From an uncultured Methanomicrobiaceae archaeon (GTDB lineage: Archaea > Halobacteriota > Methanomicrobia > Methanomicrobiales > Methanoculleaceae), in the NCBI GenBank assembly GCA_963826525.1, contig CAWGXH010000005.1, positions 64,001 through 128,000 on the forward strand: DNA of 64,000 nucleotides, read 5' to 3'. Below, piece by piece: positions 22,028 to 33,450 of this stretch (its first letter is position 1; each line of letters opens with the position of its first letter). The position numbers were made by a program, and so were the translations under genes. The notes under the pieces were generated by a model. That model was not told the DNA's origin and made no database searches. It saw only the letters and a list, made by a program, of their open reading frames with translations.

Positions 22028-22780
22028 TTATTCTGTTTTCTCCATACTTTTCAGTGCGCACCTGATAATATCTTCTTTCGACGTAAAGTAGATGGCATCG
22101 TGCCCCTTCCAGCGTCCGCAGTTCCTGAAGACAACCGCAGGAATGCCCTGGTGGCTCTCGCCCATGACGAAGTTTGCAAATGCGGCGATCTCGTCGACGA
22201 CCGCTTCCTCGGTGATCTCGAGCACGTGCCCGAAGAGATCGGTATCGCCCCGGTAATCGTTGATCGCGGTCATGCCGCTCCACCCGATGGCGATGCCGGT
22301 CTGCCCGCGCCGAAACGCCCGCCCACAGGTGTCGGTGATGATGACACGGATCTCTTTTCCGCTGATCCTCAGGATCGCATCCCGCACATCCTCTGCGGCG
22401 GCCATGGGGTCCGGCGGGAGGTAGATGATCATGCCGTCCTCGACGTTGCTGTGATCGACGCCGGCCCGGACACCGATATGACCGGATGGAAGCTCCGAGA
22501 GGATGAAGGGATACTCGAGCAGGATTTCGCTCGAACTGTCGATGACCGCCTGCACGAACCTAGGGTCTTCGCGTGTTCCCGATGCTATCCGTTCGGCCTG
22601 CTCGCCCGGGACGATATCGGCGAGGCGACGGGTATAGCCCTTTGCCTTTGAGTAGACCGATGAGGCGATACAGAGTATGTCTCCGTCCTCAAACGCGACC
22701 CGTTCTGCAATCAGGCCGGGAAGATCGTCTCCTTCGTGTATCAGGGGCAGACCCCCGACGCCCAGTACCTGGATGTCCAT
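22028..22780 (-). CDS. cofE: Coenzyme F420-0:L-glutamate ligase
   Basis: GLPLIHEGDDL, AGVDHSN, TDTCGRAFRRG, DE.A..AN.VMGE. Confidence 0.92.
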   Translation of the reverse strand: MDIQVLGVGGLPLIHEGDDLPGLIAERVAFEDGDILCIASSVYSKAKGYTRRLADIVPGEQAERIASGTREDPRFVQAVIDSSSEILLEYPFILSELPSGHIGVRAGVDHSNVEDGMIIYLPPDPMAAAEDVRDAILRISGKEIRVIITDTCGRAFRRGQTGIAIGWSGMTAINDYRGDTDLFGHVLEITEEAVVDEIAAFANFVMGESHQGIPAVVFRNCGRWKGHDAIYFTSKEDIIRCALKSMEKTE

Positions 22781-22959
22781 GCTCTTCACGATGAGATGTC
22801 GAATCGCTATCTTAAAAGTCCTCGGGTTTCGGATGGAGAGATCCGGCAGGGAGAGACCGATCCCTGCTACGGGCATCATGGAGCGCGGGCGACCGCACCA
22901 TCCGTGCAGATGCGGACTGAAGGGTGGCGGTTGCGATGGTGTGGTGCACAGACTTCTGC

Positions 22960-24192
22960 TCACCTGGTGACGAATCCCTCTCTGAGCGTGAAGTTCGCCT
23001 CGAAAGCGGCGATAAGGTCGAGGTACTCTTCGACCAGCCGGGTCAGGAGGAACTTCTCCCGGACTCGTTCTCGTGCCGCCTTTCCCATCTCCGCCGCCAG
23101 ATCGGGGTTGCTTACCAGCTGGACGATACGTTCGGCAGCCTCCTCGACGGAGGATACCAGAAATCCATTCACTCCGTCGGTGATCTGGTACCTGAGCCCC
23201 CCGTATTCCCGCCGATGACGGGGGTGCCTTTCCACATCGCTTCGGCGACGGTGAGGCCGAACCCTTCACGGATAGATTTCTGCAGGACGACAGCTGCCCT
23301 CCGCTGGAGTGCGTTCACCAGTGCTCCGTCCTGCCGGCTTAAAATGATGATCCGCTCCTCCCGGTTCCGAAGGAGCGACCGGTATACCTCCGCCCCCTCG
23401 GGATCGTCCATCGCCACGTTCCCGAGCAGGACGAGCGTGCAGTCTACCTTCTTCCGAGCCATCCTGAATGCCTTGATGACGCCTTCGGGATCTTTCCAGC
23501 GGTCGAAGCGGGATATCTGAACGACGAGAGGAAGATCTGTCGGAATACCGTAGTGATCGAGGCGTTCGTCGATCTCATTGTCGTTCATCTCCCGATTGAC
23601 GATCGATAGCGGGTCGATGGCCGGCATAAAGAAGAGCTGGGGTGTTTCGAGGTTCTGTCGGGTACTCGTTGCAGCTCAGGATCACGGCATCGTATTTTTC
23701 GATGAACGGAACAAGATAGTTCCAGACCTCCCGGTTTGGGCTGGAGAGGTCGATGTGGCAGCGCCAGATCCAGGGACTCTTCTTCCGGTAGTGCTGAATC
23801 AGGGGGAGCGGCTGGGGGTCGTGGACGATGACAAGGTCGTGGTCCAGGTGGTTGCTGATGGCGTTCTCGCAGACCACCTGCTCGTAGATCTGTTTCTTCC
23901 GCTCCGTCAGGTTGATACCCCCTCCCTGGAGGGCATTGTGAAACTTTTTCGTGACGCTGAAGAAGTCGGGAGGGCCGTGAACGACCCGCCACCCCGTCCG
24001 GATGCCGAGGCTGTTCATCACGAGGACGAGCGACGAGAGTATCTGCGAAACCCCTCCGCCCGAATATGTCGAGTTCATGTGGATAACGTGGAGATCCCCG
24101 ATCTCCCTGGCCTTAGCCTGTATGCGCCGGATCGTCTCCGTTTCGACGAACGGCTCATAATCTTTGATAGTGATAACCCTGCTCCATTCCAT
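22960..24192 (-). CDS. GT4 glycosyltransferase, trehalose synthase TreT-like; frameshifts near 23660 and 23200
   Basis: NSTYSGGGV, TKKFHNALQG, VHDPQP, WRCHID, SRFDRWKD, EGFGLTVAEA. Confidence 0.85.
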
Positions 24193-24247
24193 TGATCCTG
24201 CCCTCCGGGATGTTTGCCGGGTGCACGAAAGGTGTCGGCGATCCTTT

Positions 24248-25276
24248 TTATGTATACCGGCCGGCGGCATTGCTCGCTGCTGCCCTCCCTTCCTGGTGAA
24301 AATACCGATCGGCAAAGACCTCCCGGCCGAGATATTCGGCGACGGTCGTCACCCCGGAGTGGTCGTAGATACCCTCCATCCGCTCGCGGAAGCGGGTGTC
24401 CCTGGTGACGTGATGGTCGAGCAGGATGGTTGCCCCCGGGCACTCGCGGAGAATCCGCCGGAGGTTTGCGATGCACCGATCGAGGTTCCTCCGGTTCAGG
24501 AGATGCCCGAGGAGGTATGTCGGCGGGCCGTCGATGAGGATACAGTCCGGCGCTTCGGCGATGATCCGGGCAGCGTAGTCCTCGATGAGCGGCCCCATCA
24601 GGTCGGAGGTGTAGACAACTTTTCGGGCAGCATGCTCGATAGCGAGCGCCACCACGAACCCGGTCGATGCATACTCGGTACCGTGAAAGAGGGGAGCGGA
24701 AAACCGGAGGTCGGTGTTCCCGATGCCGAACGTACGGCCGTCGCAGAAGACGACCCTCTCGTCCGGCGGCAGCACCCACGGCTCTGCCGCCCAGCGCCGG
24801 GCGTGACGCCGGTACTGCTTCTGCCGTTTTTCAGTATCCTCGTCGGTGTGAGCGGCTGAAGTATGCAGGGGATCGGGGAATATGTGCTCTGCGGGGGGCG
24901 ATTCTCTGAAGGCACCGCCGATCGATGCGGCATACCACCGCATGAACTCCCGTGAGCGGCGCCACTGCGAGAGGTTGACGTAGGCGTTCGGGGATTTGAT
25001 GAAGAGGTGTTTCCCGGTATAGAGGTCTCTCTCCTGCCGGTAATGGTCGTGGTGATAGTGCGTGACGGCAATATGGGTCGCCCTGCCTGCGGCGGCCGTT
25101 ATCGCCTTCCACGCGTCGCTATACCGCTCTTCTTTCACGGCATCGGGTGCCGGAAACCCTTTCTGCAGGATCGATGCGCCCGGATCGATCAGCAGCGCAA
25201 GATCCGGTGTCTCCACGAGCGTGCAGAATGATTTTGCCCCGAGACTGTCAGCCCATACGGGAGTAACCTTCACCAT
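24248..25276 (-). CDS. MBL-fold metallohydrolase (UPF0282-like)
   Basis: ADSLGAKS, IDPG, THYHHDH, LDHHVTRD. Confidence 0.8.
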   Translation of the reverse strand: MVKVTPVWADSLGAKSFCTLVETPDLALLIDPGASILQKGFPAPDAVKEERYSDAWKAITAAAGRATHIAVTHYHHDHYRQERDLYTGKHLFIKSPNAYVNLSQWRRSREFMRWYAASIGGAFRESPPAEHIFPDPLHTSAAHTDEDTEKRQKQYRRHARRWAAEPWVLPPDERVVFCDGRTFGIGNTDLRFSAPLFHGTEYASTGFVVALAIEHAARKVVYTSDLMGPLIEDYAARIIAEAPDCILIDGPPTYLLGHLLNRRNLDRCIANLRRILRECPGATILLDHHVTRDTRFRERMEGIYDHSGVTTVAEYLGREVFADRYFHQEGRAAASNAAGRYT

Positions 25277-25432
25277 CCGTTCACCTGTCCTCATCCCGGC
25301 GGCCGGCATGAGTATCCTTGTGGGATCTGTACAACAAATCCTGGGATAATATGATTTGATGTGAAAACTTGCACTATTTATATTATCGGCTCCCCAATAC
25401 TCTGTATGCACGATCACCAGGGCTGCAGATAC

Positions 25433-25843
25433 ATGCATCTCCAAAATGAGTGTACCATTGAAGACCTCGCGGCATTCCATGGGCACCTGGGACCCTATAT
25501 CGTTCTTGGCTACCGTATTGGCAGATATATCCGCGAATCTTTCTGCGATGATCCCTTCTCGATGTCCGCACGAGTATACTGTTCGGGGATGCCGCCGCAG
25601 TCATGCATCATCGATGGCATCCAGCTCGGGAGCGGCTGCACACTCGGAAAGCGGAACATCGATCTCGTCGAAAGCAACGATCTCTTCTGTGAGTTTTCCT
25701 CCGGCGACAGGCGTATGACCGTGGTGCCGCGGCCCTTCGCCACGCCGGAACGCGACGCCGGGTATCAGCAGAAGATCGAGGCGATTGCGGAAGCGATGTA
25801 TGCTCTCCCGGATAACGACCTCTTCTCGGTCAGTGTCGAGTGA
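25433..25843 (+). CDS. FmdE-family protein
   Basis: FHGHLGP...G and C..DGIQ...GCTLGK motifs. Confidence 0.85.
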   Translation: MHLQNECTIEDLAAFHGHLGPYIVLGYRIGRYIRESFCDDPFSMSARVYCSGMPPQSCIIDGIQLGSGCTLGKRNIDLVESNDLFCEFSSGDRRMTVVPRPFATPERDAGYQQKIEAIAEAMYALPDNDLFSVSVE

Positions 25844-25850
25844 ACGATCC

Positions 25851-26591
25851 ATGGTCGGCAATGGAGCGCTTATTCACCTCGACAATATCTACACCGCCTA
25901 CGAGGGTGCCGCCTTCCCGGTCATCAGGGGGGTAACACTCTCCATCGCGCCCGGTGAGTACGCCATCGTCGGCGGGCCGAACGGTGCCGGCAAGACGACG
26001 CTGCTCGAATCTATGAACGGTCTGCTCCGGCTCACGCACGGGAGTGCCACGGTCTGCGGGCTCGATGTCCGGCGGCAGGGATACGAGGTGCGAAAGCGCG
26101 TAGGATATGTTGTACAGAGTTTCTTCTTCGACCCCTTAACCCCGTTCACCACCGAGCAGGTCGTCATGATGGGGAGGTACGGGCTGCTCGGCTTCCTCAA
26201 GCGCCCCGGGGAGGCGGACTATGCGGCTGTTGATAGCGTGATCCGGCTTCTCGGTCTCGAAGATCTGAGAGACCGGCCGATCGGAACGCTCTCGGGTGGT
26301 CAGCAGCAGAAAGCCCTCATTGCGCAGAACCTTGCCAAGGAGCCGGAAATTCTCCTGCTCGACGAACCCTTCAGCAACCTCGACCTCTGTACCCGGGAGT
26401 TCGTGAGCGGGGTCTTGAAAGACCTGACGAAGCGGGGAATTGCGGTCGTCATGGTCTCGCACGCATTCGACGGTCTGCCCGACGGCGACATCCGTATCAT
26501 CGTCATGCGCGACGGAACGCTCTCACTCGATGAAACGTGCAGCCCCGACGAGGTCGAATCACGGGTGCGGACAGCCTCTGCGGTGCAATAA
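25851..26591 (+). CDS. Metal (Zn/Mn/Ni-type) ABC transporter ATPase
   Basis: GPNGAGKT, LSGGQQQ, LLLDEP. Confidence 0.9.
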   Translation: MVGNGALIHLDNIYTAYEGAAFPVIRGVTLSIAPGEYAIVGGPNGAGKTTLLESMNGLLRLTHGSATVCGLDVRRQGYEVRKRVGYVVQSFFFDPLTPFTTEQVVMMGRYGLLGFLKRPGEADYAAVDSVIRLLGLEDLRDRPIGTLSGGQQQKALIAQNLAKEPEILLLDEPFSNLDLCTREFVSGVLKDLTKRGIAVVMVSHAFDGLPDGDIRIIVMRDGTLSLDETCSPDEVESRVRTASAVQ

Positions 26592-27421
26592 TGCTTGAAT
26601 TTCTTATTCCGAACAACATCGTCTGCCACGCAGTCGAGGCCATGCTCTTTGCCTCGATCGCCTGCGCCATTCTCGGCGTCATCATCACGCAGATCAACAT
26701 CTCGTCGATAGGCTTCACCATGGCGCATGCCGCCTTCGCAGGAGCGGCCGTCGGTCTCTTCTTCGGGATGAACGGAACTATCACCTCGATCATCTTTGCC
26801 CTTGCAATCGCCGTTCTGCTCGGGCCGCTCTCGGACAAGGCAAAGATCTCAACGGACACGACACTCGGCGTCCTCTTCGGGATGTCGATGGCGGTTGCGA
26901 TCTTCTTTATATCCTATATGCAGTACCTCGGGCAGGGGTTCAATGCGAGCAGCCTGCTCTTCGGCGACGTCATCTCCCTGTACCGTGAAGAGATCTACAG
27001 CCTTGCCCTGATATCCGCGGTGGCGATCCTCTTTGTAGTGCTCTTTTACAAGGAGATCACCGCCATCATCTTCCACAAAAAGATCGCAGAAGCCTCCGGG
27101 ATCAGGGTGACGCCGATCTATTACGGCATGCTCTTCATCATTGCACTGACGACGGCGCTGGCTCTGAACATCATCGGCGGTCTGCTGCTCTATGTCTGGC
27201 TGGTGACGCCTGCAGCGATCGTCTATCAGTTCTGCTACAACGTCAGAACCATGTTCATTCTGGCACCCATCACCGCTGCAGCCATCAGCGTCTCCGGAGC
27301 GCTATCGGGGCTTGAGTATTCTCTCCCGGTAGGCCCGCTCACTGCGGTCATCTTCACGGGTGCATTCCTGCTGGCAGTGTTACTGTCGCCGAAAAGGCGA
27401 GTAACACATAGCAAAGTTTAA
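26591..27421 (+). CDS. Metal ABC transporter permease (ZnuB/ABC-3 type)
   Basis: MAHAAFAG, LLFGD, multiple TM segments; translationally coupled to the ATPase. Confidence 0.88.
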   Translation: MLEFLIPNNIVCHAVEAMLFASIACAILGVIITQINISSIGFTMAHAAFAGAAVGLFFGMNGTITSIIFALAIAVLLGPLSDKAKISTDTTLGVLFGMSMAVAIFFISYMQYLGQGFNASSLLFGDVISLYREEIYSLALISAVAILFVVLFYKEITAIIFHKKIAEASGIRVTPIYYGMLFIIALTTALALNIIGGLLLYVWLVTPAAIVYQFCYNVRTMFILAPITAAAISVSGALSGLEYSLPVGPLTAVIFTGAFLLAVLLSPKRRVTHSKV

Positions 27422-27447
27422 CTTTTTCTTCATACTATTTTTCATTC

Positions 27448-28411
27448 ATGCACAGAACATTCCTTTTTGCCGCAACCATCGCTCTGCTCCTGGCGGTTCC
27501 GGTTTCTGCGGAGCTCACCGTGGTTTCCACCACGGCTGTCCTCGCCGAGCCGCTCCAGTACATCGGCGGAGAGAAGGTCGAAGCGATATACATTGCAGAC
27601 CCGACGCTCTGCCCGCACATGCAGCAGGACGTGATCAACAACCGTATCCAGCTCAATCGAGATTTTATCAGGGATGCCGATCTCTACGTCGCTCATAATG
27701 CATCGGTGGATCAGACCTACGTCATGCCGTTCGTTGATGATTTCACGGCCGCGAATGGGTATGGGCAGGTTCGGTGGACAACGCCGGGCGATCCGGGCCT
27801 GACATGGAACACGCCCGAGACTGCGAAGAACCTGGCCGGGATAGTGCAAGACTGGCTTGTCGCCGCCGACCCCGATAACCGGACGTACTATGAGGACCGG
27901 TATGCATCGTATGTGGCGCAGATCGAGGCGGCTGATCTTACGGGTGACGAACGTCGGATCACCGCGGGACAGGATGTTATCGTGATCGTCTGGCAGAAGG
28001 ATGCGGCCGAGAACTGGCTCGGGCTCAACGTCGTCAACATGTATGCGCCGGAACAGTATCAGGGCGGAAAAGTACACTGCGGCGAAGCTGGTCGACGATA
28101 TCAACGCCAATCCCGAAAAGTATGCGAACGTGACCTACATTATCGAGAATATGCAGTCCGGCGAGCTCGCCAAGGGTGTCGAGGAGGCTCTGAACGATCA
28201 GGGAATCCCAGCGCAGCGTGTCGTCTTCACGAACTTCCCGAAGTCCGTCCCGGGCGTCGAAACGATCCCGGACGTCATCGCATACAATAAAGGGCTTGTC
28301 ATGACGCAGACAACACCCACCACCACTCCGGCACCAGAGGCTCCTGTCGGCATCCTTGCGGCTCTCGGGGCGGTTGCGATCGGCCTCCTCCTCATCTCCC
28401 GGAGAGACTGA
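27448..28411 (+). CDS. Metal ABC transporter substrate-binding protein, frameshift near 28070
   Basis: Signal peptide, VVSTT, LCPH, W..P, DPDN..YY; Thr-rich linker plus C-terminal TM and basic tail. Confidence 0.8.
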
Positions 28412-28813
28412 TCTCCTTTTTCTTTTGGCTCCGGAAAATCGCTCTACTGACCGGATGCCTGCTGCTCTTTTCAGGACTATTTACCCCTCGGTATTCTGCC
28501 CACGTTCGTTGCGGCATTTTCGGTGAGGAGATCGCGATGCCCCTCGTATGCGTCATGGCGGAAAGGGGCTAAGGGGTACCATAACCTGTCAATAATCCAC
28601 ATGGTTTTCCTAAAAAGCCTTCTTGCAGGTGTTCCCGACCGGGGCGGTCAGGCTGCACAACCGTTAAGTACCCGGCCCGCCCCCCATGGGGTGCAGCCGG
28701 GACGGTCCCCGCATGGCGTTACGGGAGACAGGTATTGCCGGTACCATACGGATCGACGTATCGGTGCCTCTCTCCTGCAGATGACCGGGGCCTGGCGTGG
28801 AGGAAGCGTGAGC

Positions 28814-30358
28814 ATGACGGATTCTGAAAACGAGGCATGGGAGATCCCCGGCAGGGCAGAATCGTTCTGGATAGCCACCACCCCGGATACCGACTACCCG
28901 CCCCTGTCCGGAGACCACACCGTCGACGTTGCGATCGTCGGGGGCGGTATTGCTGGGATCACGACCGCACTCCTCCTCAAGGAGGCCGGCCGGTCGGTCG
29001 CCGTCATCGAGGCGGATAGGGTCGTTCGGGGTGCGACGGGCTACACGACGGCGAAGATCACTTCTCTGCATCGGCTCATCTACCGCTACCTCATCGATCA
29101 CTTCGGGGAGGAGAAGGCACGGCTGTACGGGGAGGCAAACCAGGCCGCTATCGAGACGATCGATGCATTTGTCCGGAAGTACGGCATCTCCTGCGATTTT
29201 GCGCGAAAGCCTGCATACACGTTTGCCCGGTTCGAACAATCGCTCGACGGCGTGTACGGCGAGGCCATCGCGGCGGAAAGCCTCGGGCTGCCGGCAACCT
29301 TCGTCGACGATCTGCCGCTGCCCGTCGAATCTCCGGGTGCCGTCAGGTTCGACAACCAGGCGGAGTTCCACCCGCGAAAGTACCTGCTTGGGCTTGCCGG
29401 GCAGATCGACGGGGGCGGAAGTTCCATCTTCGAGCAGACCCGGGTCATCGACGTGAAAGAGGGCGAACCCTGCATCGTCGTCACGGACCGGGGATCCGTG
29501 ACTGCGGACGACGTCGTCATTGCCACGCACTTTCCCATCCTCGGTGGGCTTGGCGCGTACTTCGCCAGGATGCGGCAGGAACGCTCATACATTCTCGGCC
29601 TTCGGATCGACGAACCGTTCCCGGACGGTATGTTCATCAGCGCGGAAGGCTTCGTGACCTCGCTGCGTTCGCAGCCGGCACCCGGCGGCGACCTGATCCT
29701 CGTCGGGGGCGGCAACCATGCCACCGGTGCGGTCGGGAACACCTGGGCACGCTACCGGATGCTCGAAGGCTACGCACGGACGATCTTCACCGTCCGGTCG
29801 ATCGAGTACCGCTGGTCGACGCAGGACACCATGCCGGTCGACCGGGTTCCCTACATCGGCCTTCTCGCGGAAGGGCACAGGCACCTCTATGTGGCGACGG
29901 GGTTTGGGAAGTGGGGGATGACGAACGGCACGGCGGCGGGAATGATCCTCACCGATATGATCCTCGGGAGCCCGAGCCCCTGGGAAGCGGTCTATGATCC
30001 CGCACGGTTCGGAAAGCAGCCAAAACCGAAGGAAGGGATCCGCGAGCGGCTCGGGGCCGCGGGCGGGGCGATCGAGATCCCGGGGGAGATGCTGGATGCT
30101 GCGCTCTCGCGGCTCGAGAACGATTCCGGAACGATACTTACCCACGACGACCGGAGCGTGGCGATCTATCGGGATACGGGCGGCAACGTCCATACGCTGG
30201 ACCCGACCTGCATGCACATGGCCTGCCGGGTCTCCTGGAACGATGCCGAACGGTCGTGGGACTGCCCCTGCCACGGGTCCCGCTACGACGCCTTCGGCAG
30301 GGTGATCGAGAGTCCGACGGTGACTGATCTGAAAGGAAAAAAGATCCGGAGGATATGA
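28814..30358 (+). CDS. FAD-dependent oxidoreductase with C-terminal Rieske domain (YhfW-like)
   Basis: GGGIAG dinucleotide motif, TGFGKWGMT, Rieske CMH...CPCHGS. Confidence 0.88.
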   Translation: MTDSENEAWEIPGRAESFWIATTPDTDYPPLSGDHTVDVAIVGGGIAGITTALLLKEAGRSVAVIEADRVVRGATGYTTAKITSLHRLIYRYLIDHFGEEKARLYGEANQAAIETIDAFVRKYGISCDFARKPAYTFARFEQSLDGVYGEAIAAESLGLPATFVDDLPLPVESPGAVRFDNQAEFHPRKYLLGLAGQIDGGGSSIFEQTRVIDVKEGEPCIVVTDRGSVTADDVVIATHFPILGGLGAYFARMRQERSYILGLRIDEPFPDGMFISAEGFVTSLRSQPAPGGDLILVGGGNHATGAVGNTWARYRMLEGYARTIFTVRSIEYRWSTQDTMPVDRVPYIGLLAEGHRHLYVATGFGKWGMTNGTAAGMILTDMILGSPSPWEAVYDPARFGKQPKPKEGIRERLGAAGGAIEIPGEMLDAALSRLENDSGTILTHDDRSVAIYRDTGGNVHTLDPTCMHMACRVSWNDAERSWDCPCHGSRYDAFGRVIESPTVTDLKGKKIRRI

Positions 30359-30557
30359 CGATGCCGATCACATTCCCGGAAGGGCTGAGCCGTTCGGATA
30401 ACGACAAAGCCCGGCATCTCCCCTCCGGGTGCATCGTTCTTCCGGAGCGAAGTGGAGATTCCTCCCTGCGGTGCCTCGATGCATCTTGTTTCCGCCGGAA
30501 AATTACACAAAAGCGCGGCATATAGGAAGATATTTATCCCTCGCCCCTCACATTGCC

Positions 30558-30831
30558 ATGATCATGTACCTCGTGACACGCTGTCCGGGATGCCAGGCAT
30601 TCACCTACATGGATAAGTTTCAGCGCTTTAAACTCTGCCATATCTGCGGCGAGGTGATAGATAGCAACCGTGCTCCTGGGTATCTGGACGTCAGCGATCA
30701 CCAGGATGCCGAGCAGGTCGTACGCCAGCTGGAGGCGTTTCTCCGGAAGGCGGGAAAAGCTGCAGTTCTCAAAAGACGAAATAGATAAAATACGGGCTCA
30801 ATACGCCGAGTGGGTCAAGAACCGGCTCTAA
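30558..30831 (+). CDS. Small zinc-ribbon protein (DUF1922-like), frameshift near 30760
   Basis: RCPGC...LCHICG; continuation LQFSKDEIDKIRAQYAEWVKNRL*. Confidence 0.6.
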
Positions 30832-30981
30832 TCACCAGCGTCGTCCACACCCCGGGCAGAGCATACTGACTCTTCTGCCGCAATGGGGACAGTACAGGCC
30901 GATGCGCTCGTTCGAGGTCAGCGGCCTTCCGCACTTTTTGCAGTGTATCGGAGACTTCGAAACCGCACTCGTGCCTGGCCA

Positions 30982-31752
30982 TTAATCCATGTATGTGTAG
31001 TCCCTTACAATAAGGTTTCCTTTTCCTCGATTGGCGATATCACCGGTAAACGATGTAAATGGTACTCCCTCGAGGCTGATCGTCCCGATCTTTCTGAAGG
31101 TGGGCAGCATCCCGGAGGCGGTACCGTGCACCACACATGTGCCTCCCGCCATGTTCCCGCACGGACGCCGGCAGCTCCCCTCGATGACGAGCGAGCCGTC
31201 GTGCATCTCGACACCGGCCATATCTCCCGCATCGCCGTGGACGATGACCGTTCCGCCTGCGAGGTTCTCCGCGAGGAAATCGCCGGCACTGCCGAAAACC
31301 TCCACCTTCCCGCCGGTCATCCCTTTCCGCCCGCCGCGATACCCCGCTGCACAGTAGTCTCTGGCGTTGCCGCGGCAGATGACGGTGCCGCCCCGCATCT
31401 CCCTGCCGAGCCAGCCGTCAGCGTCTCCGCCGATCTCGATTGTGCCGCCGCTCATGAAGTTGCCGCAGTGCATGCCGACATCGCCTTCGATGACGATCCG
31501 CCCGGCGTCCATATACTCGCCGATCCTTTTCACCCGGGAGGTGTCGCCGGAGATGAAGATCTCGACCTCGCTGGTGCTCTCCGCCGTTCCCTCGATAGTA
31601 ACGGTAAAGACCTCGTCGAGCGGGAGTTCCTTATTCCCTCGCCAGACGGATACGGCCTCGCCGTCAAGGAAACGCTTCGGCACGATGCTCTCCGCCTCGA
31701 TGGGGAGGAAGGGTTTCCTGCGCGGTTTCACCGCGAGCGTCACGCGCATCAT
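30982..31752 (-). CDS. fwdC: Formylmethanofuran dehydrogenase subunit C
   Basis: VKRIGEYM, GXGXG beta-helix repeats, YRGGRKGMTGG, FTGDIA..GKG. Confidence 0.93.
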   Translation of the reverse strand: MMRVTLAVKPRRKPFLPIEAESIVPKRFLDGEAVSVWRGNKELPLDEVFTVTIEGTAESTSEVEIFISGDTSRVKRIGEYMDAGRIVIEGDVGMHCGNFMSGGTIEIGGDADGWLGREMRGGTVICRGNARDYCAAGYRGGRKGMTGGKVEVFGSAGDFLAENLAGGTVIVHGDAGDMAGVEMHDGSLVIEGSCRRPCGNMAGGTCVVHGTASGMLPTFRKIGTISLEGVPFTSFTGDIANRGKGNLIVRDYTYMD

Positions 31753-33450
31753 AACTCCGCCTCCGTCTCGATGCAGAGATTTCGCTTCAGGTACTCGTCC
31801 TGGACAGGGTAGTTCCTCATCCGGACGGTGTAGTAGCGGTCGAACTTTTTGATAAAGTCGGGATCGGAGCCCATGTCGTACTCCGGCGAGACCTTCGGCT
31901 TCACCCAGATCGTGGTGTTGGTCCCGTCGACGAGGCACTCACCGTCCCGGCAGACGACTCGTCCGCGCTTGATCGTATACTCCGTCTTGCCGAATGCATC
32001 GATGACCGCGCGATAGTCGACGGACGGGTCGACCTCGTCGACGCGGATCGGGTAGATTGCCACATCCGCGTCTGCTCCGGGGGCGAGGTGCCCTTTCCCG
32101 ATATCGACGATGCCGAGCGCCTTTGCCTGGGCGGCACGGGTCATCACCGCGATCTCGTGCCAGTCGAGCTCCCGGTCGATCGCCGGCAGCGGCACCCGGT
32201 GTTCCGTATCGGGATGCACCGTCGCGAGTTCCTCCTCCCGGTATTTTTTGCTCATCAACAGTGCTATGATCTCCGGGTAGCGGACGAACGGAGCGCCGTT
32301 CGGGTTGTCCGTCGTCAGGAGGCACCGCCACGGATCGTTCACGAGGAGCGCGAGTTCGAGACCGATCGCCCACATCACCGAGTTGACGAGGTTTTTGCGG
32401 CGGTAGATGACCGGGATGATCCCCGAGCCCGTCTCGAGCTCCACGTCGTGGTTGCTCCACTTGTCGTGGTGGAGGCGGTAGAGGTTGAACTCCATCGGCC
32501 CGTCGGCGGTCATGGTCGTGGTCTTGCCGAACATCACCTGCCCCATATCGATGGTGATCTGGGGGCGCATGTTCACCATGTTCGCTATCGGCTCGCTCTT
32601 CGAGCAGAAATCGCTCCACCCCGACCCCCCGTAGGAGTGGTACTGGACGTGCGTCGCATACAGCGTCTGGCGTTTCTTGTTCAGGTCGGGGATGAGCCCG
32701 AACGTCCCCATCGTGCAGGTGTAGTTGCCGGGTTTCCCGAGGTTGTTGCAGTGGAGATGCACCGAGTGCGGAAGGTGGAGCAGCTCGTTCGCCTCCACGA
32801 TCGTTCTGATGATCTCCGCCGGGGTGACCTCGAAGTAGGGGACGGGGTCGCGGATACAGCTCACGTTCTTCCCCCAGCCCCACGCCTCGGTGCCCCCGGG
32901 GTTCGTGAAGCTTGACGGCAAACCCCTTGACGGCGGAGAGCACCCACGCGATGACGGCGGCGACCCGCTTTGTATCCCCGTCTCGTATCGCCTCCAGCAC
33001 CGACCAGTTCCCGTCGAAGAGGGCGTTTGCCATGGTGTCCTGCAGGGGTGTGTAGCCGAACTCCTCGTGGGTGTGGCGTGCTTCGAGGGGTGCCATCGCC
33101 CCTTCGAGCAGGGTGGTGTAGCCCATCGTACTGTAGCGGTAGCTGTTCCCGTAGGTGGTCGGCACGCTGTAGCCGGAGGTGGCGTGCATATGCCCGCGTC
33201 GCGGCGTCCGTCCCGCACGCATATCCTCGGGGCTCATGTAGCGCCCGAAGTTCACCTTGGTACCGCAGATATGCGTATGCGAGTCGATCCCTCCCGGCAG
33301 CGTTAGGCCTCGGCGGGCGTCGATGACCTCCGCCGCATCGCCGACCCCTTCGACGATCTTCCCGTCGCGAATGGCGATATCCATCACTTCGCCGTTGATG
33401 CCGTTCAACGGATCGATGACGAAGGCGTTTTTGATCAGAAGCTCGCTCAT
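31749..33450 (-). CDS. fwdA: Formylmethanofuran dehydrogenase subunit A, frameshift near 32905
   Basis: GGIDSHTH, NPGG, PHSVHLHCNNLGKPGN, TMTADGP, TTDNPN. Confidence 0.93.

Noticed and set aside
32890-32920. Programmed frameshift in fwdA
   Set aside because: No slippery heptamer or stimulatory structure is evident, and similar indels occur throughout the window.
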